Source of the DNA: Phycisphaerales bacterium
Lineage (GTDB): Bacteria > Planctomycetota > Phycisphaerae > Phycisphaerales > UBA1924
Assembly (NCBI GenBank): GCA_965227775.1
Contig: OZ245777.1
Span: 1,600,001-1,664,000, forward strand
Direction: 5' to 3'
Length of the DNA stretch: 64,000 nucleotides
Positions 1 to 12,737 of this stretch are shown here, in pieces. Both the position numbers and the translations under genes were made by a program. Under the pieces are notes generated by a model. That model was not told the DNA's origin, did not search any database, and saw only the letters and a program-made list of their open reading frames with translations. Every line of letters begins with the position of its first letter. Within the stretch, counting starts at the first letter, position 1.

Positions 1-1
1 C

Positions 2-1969
2 ACCGACAGCATGCGGCTGACGCTGCAGGCGATCCCACTGACCGTCATCATCTGTCTGCCGCTTCCCATCGCGTTAGCCCTGGGCGGCCTGCTACTCACG
101 AGCACGGATGTCGAGGTTGCCCGAGCCGTCGGCAAGGCGCTGTACGAAGCGGCCATCTTCGCCCTTGTGATCGAGTTCGTTCGCCACGCGGCCCGCCCCG
201 ATGGCCTGCTCGACGCCCACTTCCGCTGGCGCAAGGACGGGCTCACGCAGCTGCGTCGCCTTGTGTTCTGGCTTGCCGCCATACTCATTCCGATCGCCGT
301 GCTGACGCGCTCGATCGCGCACCAACCTGACATCGTCATCAACGATGCGTTCGGTCGTCCACTCTTCGTTCTGGGCCAGCTCATTCTCGCAGCCTTCGCC
401 GCCGCGACGCTCGCGCCGTGGTTGCCCTTCGTCCGCAACTACCTATCCAAGCACCGTATCGGGATCATCAATCAAGCGCGCTGGATCTGGTACCCGCTTG
501 TCGTCATCGCGCCGATCGCTCTCGCTGTTCTCGCCGCTGCTGGCTTTTACTACACGGCCGTGCAGCTCTACGAGCGTCTGCACCTCACCGTCTGGCTCGC
601 GGTCGCCGCCACCCTCGCGTACAACCTCGTGCTCCGCTGGCTGTTCATCGAGCGCCGACGCATGCTCGTCAAACGCGCGAAGCAGCGTCGTGAGGAAGAA
701 GCCGCGGAGCGCGCCGAGAAGGCTGCGGGCGGCGGCGAAGACGGCGGCATCGAGATCGAAGCACCCGAGCTCGATGCGGCAGAGGTCGACACCCAAACAC
801 GCCGCGTGCTCGTCGCAGCAGTTCTCGTCAGCGTCGTGCTGGGCCTGTACGGCCTGTGGGCCCAGCAGCTCCCCGCACTTCGTATGCTCGAGCGCGTCCA
901 GCTCTGGCCCGACATCCAGGTCATCGACGCCGACGCGTCGGCAACGCCCGCTCTGGCAGATCTGCAATCAGAACCTGCCGACGAGACGAGCGAGCGGGCC
1001 CCGAGCCAATCGAACGACCAGCCCGAGGATTCTCGGGAGGGCTCGGGCTTCGACATCTTCGGCCAGGGTGGGCCCAGCCAGTCGATCCCGAGCCAGGGCG
1101 TCGATGTCATCACGCTGGCCGACATCGGCGCTGCGTTCTTGTTCTTTGCGATCACGTGGGTGCTGGCGCGAAACCTCCCGGGCCTGCTCGAGATCACCAT
1201 CCTGAAGCGCCTGCCCTTCGACGCGGGCGCCCGCTTTGCCGTCACAAGCATCCTGCGATACCTGCTCGTCATCATCGGGATTTTCCTGGGTTTCGGGGCT
1301 ATCGGTATTGGTTGGTCGCAGGTTCAGTTCCTCGCCGCCGCGCTCACGTTCGGTCTGGCGTTCGGCCTGCAAGAGATCTTCGCCAACTTCATCTCGGGCC
1401 TGATCATCCTCATCGAACGGCCAATGCGCGTGGGCGACACCGTGACCGTCAACGGCATGAACGGCAAGGTCACACGCATCCGCATGCGCGCCACCACGGT
1501 GCTCGACTGGGAGCTCCGCGAGGTCATCATCCCCAACAAGGTCTTTATTACTCAGGAATTCACCAACTGGACGCTGTCCGACCCGCGCATCCGTGTGACC
1601 ATTCCGGTGGGCGTGTCGTATGGCTCGGACGTCCGCCTGGTCGAGCGCGAGTTGCTCGAGCTTGGCAAGTCCCAGTCCTATGTGGTTGCCGAGCCGCGCG
1701 TTCGGTCGCTCTTCACGGGCTTTGGCGATAGCACACTCAACTTTGAGTTGCGTGTCTATCTGGAGAGTTTCGAGTTCTTCCTCGACGTCAGGAGCGAACT
1801 GCACACGCGTATCGCCGAGCGATTCCGCGAGCTCGACATCGAGATCGCGTTCCCGCAGCGCGACCTCAACATCCGAGACATCGGACCGCTCGCCGACGCC
1901 CTGGCCGAGCGTTCACGCTTGGATGATCGCCGGCCCGATAGTCCGGAGAACACCGAGGAACCCCGATGA
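2..1969 (+). CDS. Large mechanosensitive channel, MscK/MscS family (5'-truncated by the window edge)
   Basis: Many TM helices and the MscS core 'GLAFGLQEIFANFISGLIILIERPMRVGD...IPNKVFITQEFTNWTLSD...IEIAFPQRDL'. The frame is open to the left edge. Confidence 0.9.
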   Translation, partial: TDSMRLTLQAIPLTVIICLPLPIALALGGLLLTSTDVEVARAVGKALYEAAIFALVIEFVRHAARPDGLLDAHFRWRKDGLTQLRRLVFWLAAILIPIAVLTRSIAHQPDIVINDAFGRPLFVLGQLILAAFAAATLAPWLPFVRNYLSKHRIGIINQARWIWYPLVVIAPIALAVLAAAGFYYTAVQLYERLHLTVWLAVAATLAYNLVLRWLFIERRRMLVKRAKQRREEEAAERAEKAAGGGEDGGIEIEAPELDAAEVDTQTRRVLVAAVLVSVVLGLYGLWAQQLPALRMLERVQLWPDIQVIDADASATPALADLQSEPADETSERAPSQSNDQPEDSREGSGFDIFGQGGPSQSIPSQGVDVITLADIGAAFLFFAITWVLARNLPGLLEITILKRLPFDAGARFAVTSILRYLLVIIGIFLGFGAIGIGWSQVQFLAAALTFGLAFGLQEIFANFISGLIILIERPMRVGDTVTVNGMNGKVTRIRMRATTVLDWELREVIIPNKVFITQEFTNWTLSDPRIRVTIPVGVSYGSDVRLVERELLELGKSQSYVVAEPRVRSLFTGFGDSTLNFELRVYLESFEFFLDVRSELHTRIAERFRELDIEIAFPQRDLNIRDIGPLADALAERSRLDDRRPDSPENTEEPR

Positions 1970-2967
1970 GCGCGATGAAGTTCACGGCCATGGCGCCCGA
2001 CTCGGGCGTACTCATCCACGCCTCGCCCGCCGGCGTCGAGCGAAATCCTCAGGCACCCATCGAGCAGATCATCACCGGCGAGGCGGATTGGCGCTGGCTC
2101 CACCTCGACCACAACCGTCCCAATGCTGCCGAGTGGCTCCGACTGCAGCAAGACCTGCCCGAAGACGTTGCCGACGCGCTGCTCGCCCTGCAAACCCGCC
2201 CGCGTTGCGTGCAGTGGAACGGCGGGCTGCTCTTCATCGGTCGCGGCGTCAATCTCAACGCGGAGTCCATGCCCGAGGACATGATCTCCATCCGCGCCTG
2301 GCTCACGCCGGGCCGCCTCGTGACGGTCGTCCGTCGCCGCTTGCGCGCCGCCGAAGACGTCGCCTCCAGCATCGAGATGCCCGTGCCGAAGGTCAAGGTC
2401 GAGGCGGCAGGCGAGCTGCTGTTGATGCTCCTGGAGAACCTGCTCGAACGCATGACGCCAACGGTCACCGAGAGCGGCGAGCAGATCGACGACTACCTTG
2501 AAGACGTCATCGACGAAGACGCCCGCGTCGACCGTCGTGACATCGCCCGCCTGCGCCTGCGCATCATCACCCTCCGCCGCTACGCCCTACCGCTGCGAGA
2601 TGCCATCGCCGAGCTCCGCCTCGCACCGCCCACGCTGATGCCAAAAGAGCTCACGCCGGCCCTCGTCGAGCTCTCCGACCGCATCACGCGACTAGTCGAC
2701 GAGCTCGATAACCAGAACGTCCGCGCCGAACTTGCACGCGCCGAGGTCGCGGGCCAGGAAGACGAGACGCTCAACCGCCGCCTCTACGCACTGGCAATCG
2801 TGACCGGGATCTTCCTGCCGCTGTCGTTCCTCACGGGCCTGCTGGGCATGAACGTGAACGGCATCCCATTCACGCAGCCCGAGTGGTCGATCTGGGTGTG
2901 GGGCACCGTGTTCGTGACCGTGCTCGCGGGCCAGATTTGGTTGCTACGCAGGTTGAATTGGTTCTGA
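1966..2967 (+). CDS. CorA/ZntB-family divalent metal transporter
   Basis: 'FLPLSFLTGLLGMN' GMN motif, two C-terminal TM helices and a ZntB-like 'RGVNLN...PEDMISIR'. ATGA overlap with the upstream gene. Confidence 0.9.
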   Translation: MSAMKFTAMAPDSGVLIHASPAGVERNPQAPIEQIITGEADWRWLHLDHNRPNAAEWLRLQQDLPEDVADALLALQTRPRCVQWNGGLLFIGRGVNLNAESMPEDMISIRAWLTPGRLVTVVRRRLRAAEDVASSIEMPVPKVKVEAAGELLLMLLENLLERMTPTVTESGEQIDDYLEDVIDEDARVDRRDIARLRLRIITLRRYALPLRDAIAELRLAPPTLMPKELTPALVELSDRITRLVDELDNQNVRAELARAEVAGQEDETLNRRLYALAIVTGIFLPLSFLTGLLGMNVNGIPFTQPEWSIWVWGTVFVTVLAGQIWLLRRLNWF

Positions 2968-2977
2968 CCGACGGTCG

Positions 2978-3502
2978 CTACCCGACGTGACGCTCGGGTT
3001 CGAGCGCGTCGAGCATGTCGGCGTACGTGCCCGTCACGGGCTCGCCAAGCGTGGGGCCAAGGATGTGACGCAGCTCGCCGATGTTCTCGTGGCACCGTGC
3101 GACGTTGTGGGCCGAGCTCACCGCCGCCTCCAATTCGCAGAACTGGCCGAGCCCGACGACCTCATCCAGATGGATGCGCACGTTCGCCCGCATCAGCGCC
3201 ACACGCGTCTTGCACACCACGCGCCACACGGGCGGATCGGTCCTGCCGAAGCGCAGCCGCATCTGCGGCTCGTCGTACAGCGTGAAGCGGCACAACCGCG
3301 GAGCCAGCCCGCCGCGGCGGTCGTAGAAGACGTACTCGACCGGCTCGTCGACGGCCTCACGCTTCTTGAAGACGCCGCTTGGCACGCGGAAGTAGGTGTC
3401 GCGCAGCTCGAGCGTCACCAGCGGGGTCGCGCCGGCGCGTAAGAGCGCGGCCATCGCCGTCTCGGGATCGCGTAGCTCGCTGCGAAACTCCAGGCTCTGC
3501 AT
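2978..3502 (-). CDS. CYTH-domain protein (class IV adenylate cyclase-like)
   Basis: N-terminal ExE-like 'LEFR', 'DTYF', 'RIHLDEVVGLGQFCELE' and C-terminal 'Y.DML', typical of CyaB/CYTH. Confidence 0.8.
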   Translation of the reverse strand: MQSLEFRSELRDPETAMAALLRAGATPLVTLELRDTYFRVPSGVFKKREAVDEPVEYVFYDRRGGLAPRLCRFTLYDEPQMRLRFGRTDPPVWRVVCKTRVALMRANVRIHLDEVVGLGQFCELEAAVSSAHNVARCHENIGELRHILGPTLGEPVTGTYADMLDALEPERHVG

Positions 3503-3580
3503 CGGGCCGAGTACCCTCCGGCGCGCACCGATTGCGCCCGACTCTACTATCGGCCAACCATCCAGTGAATCACAGCGGGG

Positions 3581-6679
<3,099 letters not shown>

Positions 6680-6686
6680 AGTGGGC

Positions 6687-6854
6687 TCACGGGCAGCCGG
6701 CGTCGAACTCGTTCTGGAACGCCAAGAAGTCAAAAAGCGTCAATGAGCCGTCTCCGTCGAAGTCGGCCAGCGGGTCGCCCGTATCAAACAGGTTCTGGAA
6801 CGCCAGGAAGTCGAAGATCGTCAGCGCGCCGTCTCCGTCAAGGTCTGCACGGCA
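6687..6854 (-). repeat. GC-type dockerin cassette, copy 1
   Basis: About 55-codon duplicated DxDGDGxLTxFDFLxFQNxFD module, similar to 51721-51888 and 61567-61731. Confidence 0.85.
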
Positions 6855-7361
6855 CGCATCGCCGGCCTCAACGATGATCGAACCGGTCATGCCTCGATGT
6901 CCGGTGACTCTGCACGTGTAGTAGTACTGGCCGGCGTCATCGGCCGAGGGCGTCCACTCGATGAAGTCGTCGGTGGGGGCGGGGTCGGCGGTGAACACAT
7001 CGATGGGCTTGAGCGTGGCCGCGTCGATGACGTCTCCGTCAGAGGTCACGCGTCGGAATGTGCCGTCGCTTCCGGTGATTTCCAGCGTGTCATCGGTGAT
7101 GACGAACGGGTGCGAGCCGGTGATGCGGCGGAACAGGTAGGTCTCGCCCGCGATCAGGATGAGCGTCGGGTCGACGACATCGATGAAGTCACCGCCCGCG
7201 TCAGACCAGTTGAACAGGTAGTCGCTCGCGCCTGCGTTGTCGAGGCTGAACTCGACGCCGCCGGGCACGCGGTAGACGCTGGGCTCGGGTTGGGTGGTCT
7301 GCGCAGTGGCTGCGCCGGCTGCGATCAGCGTGCCCGCGGTCGCGATGATTCGGATCTTCAT
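6687..7361 (-). CDS. Secreted cupredoxin-like protein with a C-terminal GC-type dockerin anchor
   Basis: Signal peptide, 'HPF' plus 'YYYTCRVTGHRGMTG' type-1 Cu ligands, and a C-terminal 'CRADLDGDG..TIFDFLAFQN..DAGCP'. Confidence 0.8.
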   Translation of the reverse strand: MKIRIIATAGTLIAAGAATAQTTQPEPSVYRVPGGVEFSLDNAGASDYLFNWSDAGGDFIDVVDPTLILIAGETYLFRRITGSHPFVITDDTLEITGSDGTFRRVTSDGDVIDAATLKPIDVFTADPAPTDDFIEWTPSADDAGQYYYTCRVTGHRGMTGSIIVEAGDACRADLDGDGALTIFDFLAFQNLFDTGDPLADFDGDGSLTLFDFLAFQNEFDAGCP

Positions 7362-7495
7362 TGGTGCATCTCCCTTTCTCAGAGCGTATTCGTCACACCT
7401 CGGCAATCAGATGCTCGCATTCCACGCAGCATGCGACAGCGGCAAGACCTGATTCGCAGGCCTTCCCGTGGCTCTGGTGGGGAATACCGGAGGTG

Positions 7496-8509
7496 TTAGC
7501 TGAACCGGCTGAGCAGTTCGCGAACCTTCGGCTGGCGATGCTCGATCTGCAGGCTCTTGCGGAAGTGGTCGAGGGCTTGCTCGAGGGCCACCGAGTCGGT
7601 CTGGCCGCTCCGCAGGAACTCGTTGAGTCGCAGAACCGCCAGGCCGTTCAGGGCCGGATAGTGCTCGCCGTCGAGCTCGAGCGCACGCTCGAAGCTGATG
7701 GTGGCACCCTCGAAGTCGCTCAAGCGGAACATGGCAGCGCCGCGGCGCTCCCACGCGAGGGCAGACTCGTTGTCGCGAAGCAACTGGTCGAGCACGTTGA
7801 CGGCCTGGGCGTCCTCACCGAGCACGCGGAGGCTCTCGGCCAGGTTCACCAGCAGCTCGACCGGGATCGGATCGATGAGCTCGGCGGCCTGCTGGTACTC
7901 GTCCACGGCCCGGCGATGTTCATCGAGTGCTGCATAGATCGAGCCAAGGTTGATGCGGGCGGCCGCGCTGTAGGGATCGACAAACACGGCTCGCTCGGCG
8001 AACGGCCGCGCTAAGCGCGGTTCCTCGGCCTGCATGTACGCGACCGACACGTTGATGTTGGCCGGCACGTCGGTCGGGTCGAGCTCGAGCGATGTGAGGT
8101 AAGCCCGGATGGCGTCGCTGACGCGGTTGAGGGCCTGCAGGACCTGGCCACGCTTGAAGTGGATGCGTGGGTTGTTGGGGTCGAGTTCCGCCGCTTTGGT
8201 ATAGAAGACCTCGGCGCCTGCAGGGTCATTCAGGTCCTGGGAAGCGTCTCCCGCGCCGACGTACGCCCGCGTCATGAGCGGGTTGAGCTCGATCGCGCGC
8301 TTGAACTCCTCAAGAGCGGCCTGCGCATCGCCCAGGCGGACGTAGGCGGTGGCCTGATCGGCGGCGTCGTTGGCGGCGGTCTCCTGCACCTGCTTCTTGG
8401 CAGCCGAGCCCGAACTGCACGCTGCCAGGCACAAGCCAAACGCGACCAGGGCAACGGCAAGGCCGCCCTTGGTCGAGATCCGTCGTGTGCCAGCCTGGCT
8501 GATGATCAT
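7496..8509 (-). CDS. TPR-repeat lipoprotein
   Basis: Hydrophobic leader with an LAAC lipobox, then multiple TPR motifs ('A...F.RAIELNP'). Start is uncertain. Confidence 0.8.
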   Translation of the reverse strand: MIISQAGTRRISTKGGLAVALVAFGLCLAACSSGSAAKKQVQETAANDAADQATAYVRLGDAQAALEEFKRAIELNPLMTRAYVGAGDASQDLNDPAGAEVFYTKAAELDPNNPRIHFKRGQVLQALNRVSDAIRAYLTSLELDPTDVPANINVSVAYMQAEEPRLARPFAERAVFVDPYSAAARINLGSIYAALDEHRRAVDEYQQAAELIDPIPVELLVNLAESLRVLGEDAQAVNVLDQLLRDNESALAWERRGAAMFRLSDFEGATISFERALELDGEHYPALNGLAVLRLNEFLRSGQTDSVALEQALDHFRKSLQIEHRQPKVRELLSRFS

Positions 8510-8815
8510 CCGCTGCCCCTTCCCACACTCGTCCGCCGCGATCCGCTCGAAGCCGAGCCCTTCCAACGATCGGCGGGCCCTTCGAGTTCGGCTCGACCCG
8601 CCGGCAAGGCCCATTATCGCACCCTCGCGCCGGCCGCAAGAGGGTTGCCTGGGAGCTTTGCCCATCTCTGGCCGAGACGCGCAATTTCGGCCGATAAGCC
8701 TCCGATGCGCGCCTCGCCGTTGCCGGGACGCCCGCCGCCAACCACACACGCCCCGCCAGGTCGACTGGCAAAAGGTCACATGACTCCGATCCCATCGTCA
8801 TACACGGGCCACGAG

Positions 8816-9598
8816 ATGAATCGGCCGGGCCGTATTTTTGTTTTGTTTGGGTTGCTCGCCTGCGTCGTCTTGCTCGCGCCGCTCTCCGGCTGCGTCCGCA
8901 AGTCGGAACTGCCCGTGACGTTGAGCTTCCGCAACGTGCGAGCCGTGGTGGTGCAGGGCGATTCGACTGGCGGTCGCAGCCGCGTCACCCGCAGCGAGTG
9001 GGATCAGATCTGGCCCGTGGTCATCCGCCACCACAAGGTGAACAACCGAATGGCCATGAAGCCCAGCTTCGACGCCGGCCCCCCAACAATGGACTCGATC
9101 GCCGGCGTCGAGGTCCGCGATTACACGGCCAGCATCGTGGTCGACAGCTTCTCGGGACTCTCCAAGCTGCACAAGAGCCTCGAGTCCTTGCAGGGCCAGC
9201 CAATTGCGCCCGGGCGGCGGCTGCAACTCTCGCTCAGCGAGGTCTCGCTGGGCTTCTCGGGCAACTTCATCAGTGCCCGGCGCACCGAGATGCTCCAGGG
9301 CCGGACGCTGCCTGGCGCCACCGTCGTGCTGTACGACCGCGACCCGGATCGCCCCCGGATCGTGCGCGCCGACGAGACCGGCCAATGGATGGTCCCGATC
9401 GTGACGACCCCCAACCAGCGATCGGTGGTCGGATACAGCGTGCCACCGGGCGTGCGAGATCGGCCCGAGACTCGGCGGTACTTCCGCATCGACCTGACCA
9501 CCAACATCGGCGAAGATATCGACGAGCGTCGCTTCAACAGCGAGATCGATGCGATGCGTGGCGGCATGAGCGGATTCATCAACCGCATCACCAACTAA
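8816..9598 (+). CDS. Hypothetical lipoprotein
   Basis: Signal peptide with an LSGC lipobox, host-like codon usage and an Ig-like C-terminal segment ('GRTLPGATVVL...ADETGQW'). Confidence 0.7.
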   Translation: MNRPGRIFVLFGLLACVVLLAPLSGCVRKSELPVTLSFRNVRAVVVQGDSTGGRSRVTRSEWDQIWPVVIRHHKVNNRMAMKPSFDAGPPTMDSIAGVEVRDYTASIVVDSFSGLSKLHKSLESLQGQPIAPGRRLQLSLSEVSLGFSGNFISARRTEMLQGRTLPGATVVLYDRDPDRPRIVRADETGQWMVPIVTTPNQRSVVGYSVPPGVRDRPETRRYFRIDLTTNIGEDIDERRFNSEIDAMRGGMSGFINRITN

Positions 9599-9621
9599 GC
9601 GGGCGGCGCTACCGTCCGCCC

Positions 9622-10389
9622 ATGAGCGAATTCAAGGATCGCGTCGCCATCGTGACCGGGGCCAGCGCCGGCATCGGCATGGCATGCGCGCGCATGCTGG
9701 CCGATCAAGGCGCCATTGTCATCGTGAACGCTCGCCGCGCCGGCAGGCTCGACGAGTTGGTCGAGATTGACACCAGCCGCGTGACGCCAGTGGCTGGCGA
9801 TGCGGCCGAGCCCGAGGTCATCGAGGCGATGCTCGAGGCTGCGAAGAAGTCGGGCGGACGCGAGGCCGATCTGGTCATCGCCAACGCCGGCCGCGGCCTG
9901 CGGGGCTCGCCGCTCGACTCGGACGAGGCCGAGTGGGAAGACGTGCTGCGAGTCAACACGCTGGCCGCCGCGAAGCTGATGCGTGCATCCCTGCATCGGA
10001 TGTTCGCCGAGATCGGTTCGCACGCCGGCCCGCCCAAACAGCCGCGCGACGTGGTGGTGCTCGGTTCGACGGTGGGGCGGAACCTCAGCCCGTTCAGCAG
10101 CTTTTACGGTGCGGCGAAAGCCGCCGTGCACATGATGGCCGAGGCGATGCGGCGCGAGGCCGGGCCCAGGGGCGTGCGCGTGACCACCATCGAGCCGGGC
10201 GTTGTCGCGAGCGAGTTCCAGTCGGCGGCCGGGTACGACCCCAAGGCCTTTGGCGAATTCATGGAGTCGATGGCACCCGTGCTCACACCCGACGATGTCG
10301 CGAGGTCGATCCTCTTCGCGTGCGGCCAGCCTGCAGGCGTGCACCTGAGCGAGATCATGCTGCGGCCAACTCGACAGGCGTACCCGTAG
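9622..10389 (+). CDS. Short-chain dehydrogenase/reductase
   Basis: TGASAGIG, NAG, YxxxK (YGAAK) and 'IEPG'. Confidence 0.93.
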   Translation: MSEFKDRVAIVTGASAGIGMACARMLADQGAIVIVNARRAGRLDELVEIDTSRVTPVAGDAAEPEVIEAMLEAAKKSGGREADLVIANAGRGLRGSPLDSDEAEWEDVLRVNTLAAAKLMRASLHRMFAEIGSHAGPPKQPRDVVVLGSTVGRNLSPFSSFYGAAKAAVHMMAEAMRREAGPRGVRVTTIEPGVVASEFQSAAGYDPKAFGEFMESMAPVLTPDDVARSILFACGQPAGVHLSEIMLRPTRQAYP

Positions 10390-10395
10390 CGCACG

Positions 10396-10421
10396 AAAAG
10401 CCCGGACTTGTGCCCGGGCTT
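10396..10421. terminator. Intrinsic terminator between the convergent SDR and FKBP genes
   Basis: AAGCCCGG-N8-CCGGGCTT hairpin. The preceding A-tract gives a U-tract on the minus strand. Confidence 0.6.
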
Positions 10422-10442
10422 CACTTCGGTGTGTTCTCTTCG

Positions 10443-10784
10443 CTACTTGACGTCGAGTAGCTCGATGTCGAAGACGAGGTTCGCGCGTGGCGGGATGCTC
10501 GGGGGCGCGCCGCGCTCGCCGTAGCCAAGCCCGTAGGGAATCTCGAGGCGGCGCTTGCCGCCGACCTTCATGCCCGGGATGCCGATCTGCCAACCCTGGA
10601 TCAGGCTGCCCAGCGGGAAGGTGATGGGCTCGCCGCGGTCGTAGCTCGAGTCGAACTGGGTGCCGTCCTCGAGCGTGCCGCGGTAGTGCACCTTGACGGT
10701 CGCGCCGTGAGGGCACTCGGCCCCGGTCCCAACTTCGACGTCCTCGGCGACCAGGCCGCCGGCCAATTCGTGTCGTTCGGTCAT
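10443..10784 (-). CDS. Single-domain FKBP-type peptidyl-prolyl isomerase
   Basis: 'VHYRGTLEDGTQFDSS...IQGW..GIPGMKVGGKRRLEIP..LGYG...IPP.ANLVFDIEL'. Confidence 0.95.
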   Translation of the reverse strand: MTERHELAGGLVAEDVEVGTGAECPHGATVKVHYRGTLEDGTQFDSSYDRGEPITFPLGSLIQGWQIGIPGMKVGGKRRLEIPYGLGYGERGAPPSIPPRANLVFDIELLDVK

Positions 10785-10873
10785 GCGAATCGCGTTCCTT
10801 TCCACCCGGGCCGTCCCGGGCAATTGATCAAGACTCGTGGCCCGTAGTCTCGCCGGCTCTTGCTGCTCGCGGC

Positions 10874-12637
10874 TTACTGCACCGCCATCAGCTCAACCTC
10901 GAACGTAAGGGGCGTATCGGCCGGCACCATTGGCGGGTTGCCCTGGGCACCAAACGCCTGTTCGGCGGCGAGCTCGATTCGACGCACGCCACCCACGCTC
11001 ATGCCCACGATCGCCTTGCGCAGGCCGGGCAGCGGCGACTGACCATCAAGCGGGATCACCTGCATGTCCCCGCTGTCGAAGGTGTTCGCGACGACGCTCC
11101 CGTCGGGCAGCTGCGCGAGATAGTTAATGACGGCCATCTGGCCCTCGGCCGCGGCGGGCCCCTCGCCGATGCTCACCTCGCGGATGGTGATGCCCTCTTC
11201 GACCTGCTCGGCCTCGGCGACGAACTCGGTCGAGAATTCACGCGGCATGCGCCAGTCGAAGAGCTCGACCTCGAACGTCAGTGGGGCGTTGGCCGGCACG
11301 ACGGGCGGCTGGCCCTCTTCGCCGAAGCCTAACTCCGAGGGCACCACGAACTGGCGGACCTCGCCGGGCCGCATGCCCTCGACGCCCATGCTCCAGCCCT
11401 CGATGACCGATTGCTCGAGCGGTACGACGGCCTGCTGGCCCTGGTCGAACGTCGAGTCGAACACTGTGCCGTCTTCAAGTACGCCCATCGTGTGCAGCAC
11501 GGCGATGCCCCCCGCGGGGATGGGTTCGCCCTCTGCGTCGCCCTCCTTCACGATGCGGATGATCATGCCGTTCTCGCGGGTCTCTTCGCTGATCCACTCC
11601 GTGCTCAGCTCGCGCGGGTTGGACATGCTCAGCAACTCGACCTCGAACACCAGGTCGCTGTTTGGCGGCACCACCTCGCCCACACCCTGGGGGCCGAAGC
11701 CCAGCGCGGAGGGCACCTCGATGCGGCGCTTGCCCGTGGGCTTCATGCCCACGATGCCGCGTGACAGGCCCGGCAGCATGCGCGGATCGCCCAGATCGAG
11801 CTGCTGGGGTGCGCCCGCCTCGCGGCTGGAGGCAAACTGCTCGCCCGTAGCGGCGGTGACGCCCAGGATGTGCACGAACACCTTGGCTTCGGGCTTGACG
11901 CTGTTCTCGCCCTCGCCCACGGTGATATCGCGGACGATGAGACCGTCGCCCATGTCCTGTGGCTCGCCCGCGAACTCGCTCGCGAGGTCGGGTTGCTTGG
12001 GCGGCTCGGGCTTGTCGACGCCCACGAGCACCACCTCGAACACCAAGTCAGCGCGCGGGGGGATCGTCGGCGGGCTGCCCCGCTCGCCGTACGCCAGGCT
12101 CCAGGGAATCTCGATGCGTCGCTTGCCGCCGACCTTCATGCCCTCCACGCCCTGGCTGAAGCCGGGCACGAAGCGGGCGAGCGCCAGCGTCAGCGGCTCT
12201 CCGCGGCTGTAGCTCGAATCAAACTCCTCGCCACTCTCGCGGAACGTGCCGCGATACTCCACGGTGACGGTGTCCTGCATCTCGGCAACGTCCCCGCTGC
12301 CGATCTCGATGTCGGTGACGCCCAGCTGGGTGAAGGGCTGCGAAGGGTCGGAAGGAGTGCGCGGCTCGGCTTGCGGCTCTGCTGGTGGTTCGTCGGCGGG
12401 CTCGGCAACCGGCTGCGCGGGCTCGTCGGTGGGCGTCGGCTCGGGTGCGTCAGCCGGCTGCCCGCTGGTGGTGCTGGCGTCGGCGGGGGTTGATCCCGAC
12501 GGGGAACCCGAAGTAGTCGACCCGGCATCGCTGCCGTTCTGCGACGAATTCTCGCAGCCGGAGAGGGCGACGACGCCCGCGAGCGCCAGGATGGCGGCGG
12601 CTCGCGACGCGGAAGCGGAAAGCGTGGTGATATCCAT
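10874..12637 (-). CDS. Lipoprotein with four tandem FKBP domains
   Basis: LSGC lipobox, a Pro/Ser/Thr linker, then four repeats of 'GM..G..R.I.[IV]...L.[YF]G..G....[IV]P....L.FEV.L'. Confidence 0.9.
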   Translation of the reverse strand: MDITTLSASASRAAAILALAGVVALSGCENSSQNGSDAGSTTSGSPSGSTPADASTTSGQPADAPEPTPTDEPAQPVAEPADEPPAEPQAEPRTPSDPSQPFTQLGVTDIEIGSGDVAEMQDTVTVEYRGTFRESGEEFDSSYSRGEPLTLALARFVPGFSQGVEGMKVGGKRRIEIPWSLAYGERGSPPTIPPRADLVFEVVLVGVDKPEPPKQPDLASEFAGEPQDMGDGLIVRDITVGEGENSVKPEAKVFVHILGVTAATGEQFASSREAGAPQQLDLGDPRMLPGLSRGIVGMKPTGKRRIEVPSALGFGPQGVGEVVPPNSDLVFEVELLSMSNPRELSTEWISEETRENGMIIRIVKEGDAEGEPIPAGGIAVLHTMGVLEDGTVFDSTFDQGQQAVVPLEQSVIEGWSMGVEGMRPGEVRQFVVPSELGFGEEGQPPVVPANAPLTFEVELFDWRMPREFSTEFVAEAEQVEEGITIREVSIGEGPAAAEGQMAVINYLAQLPDGSVVANTFDSGDMQVIPLDGQSPLPGLRKAIVGMSVGGVRRIELAAEQAFGAQGNPPMVPADTPLTFEVELMAVQ

Positions 12638-12737
12638 CGAGGATCGTAGCCGCCGGTTTGCAGGCCCCTGCCACTTCGTGAGCGGGGGTTCATGGTTTCC
12701 CGCGACATGCGCACGGGGCGTTCTCATACCATGGGGC

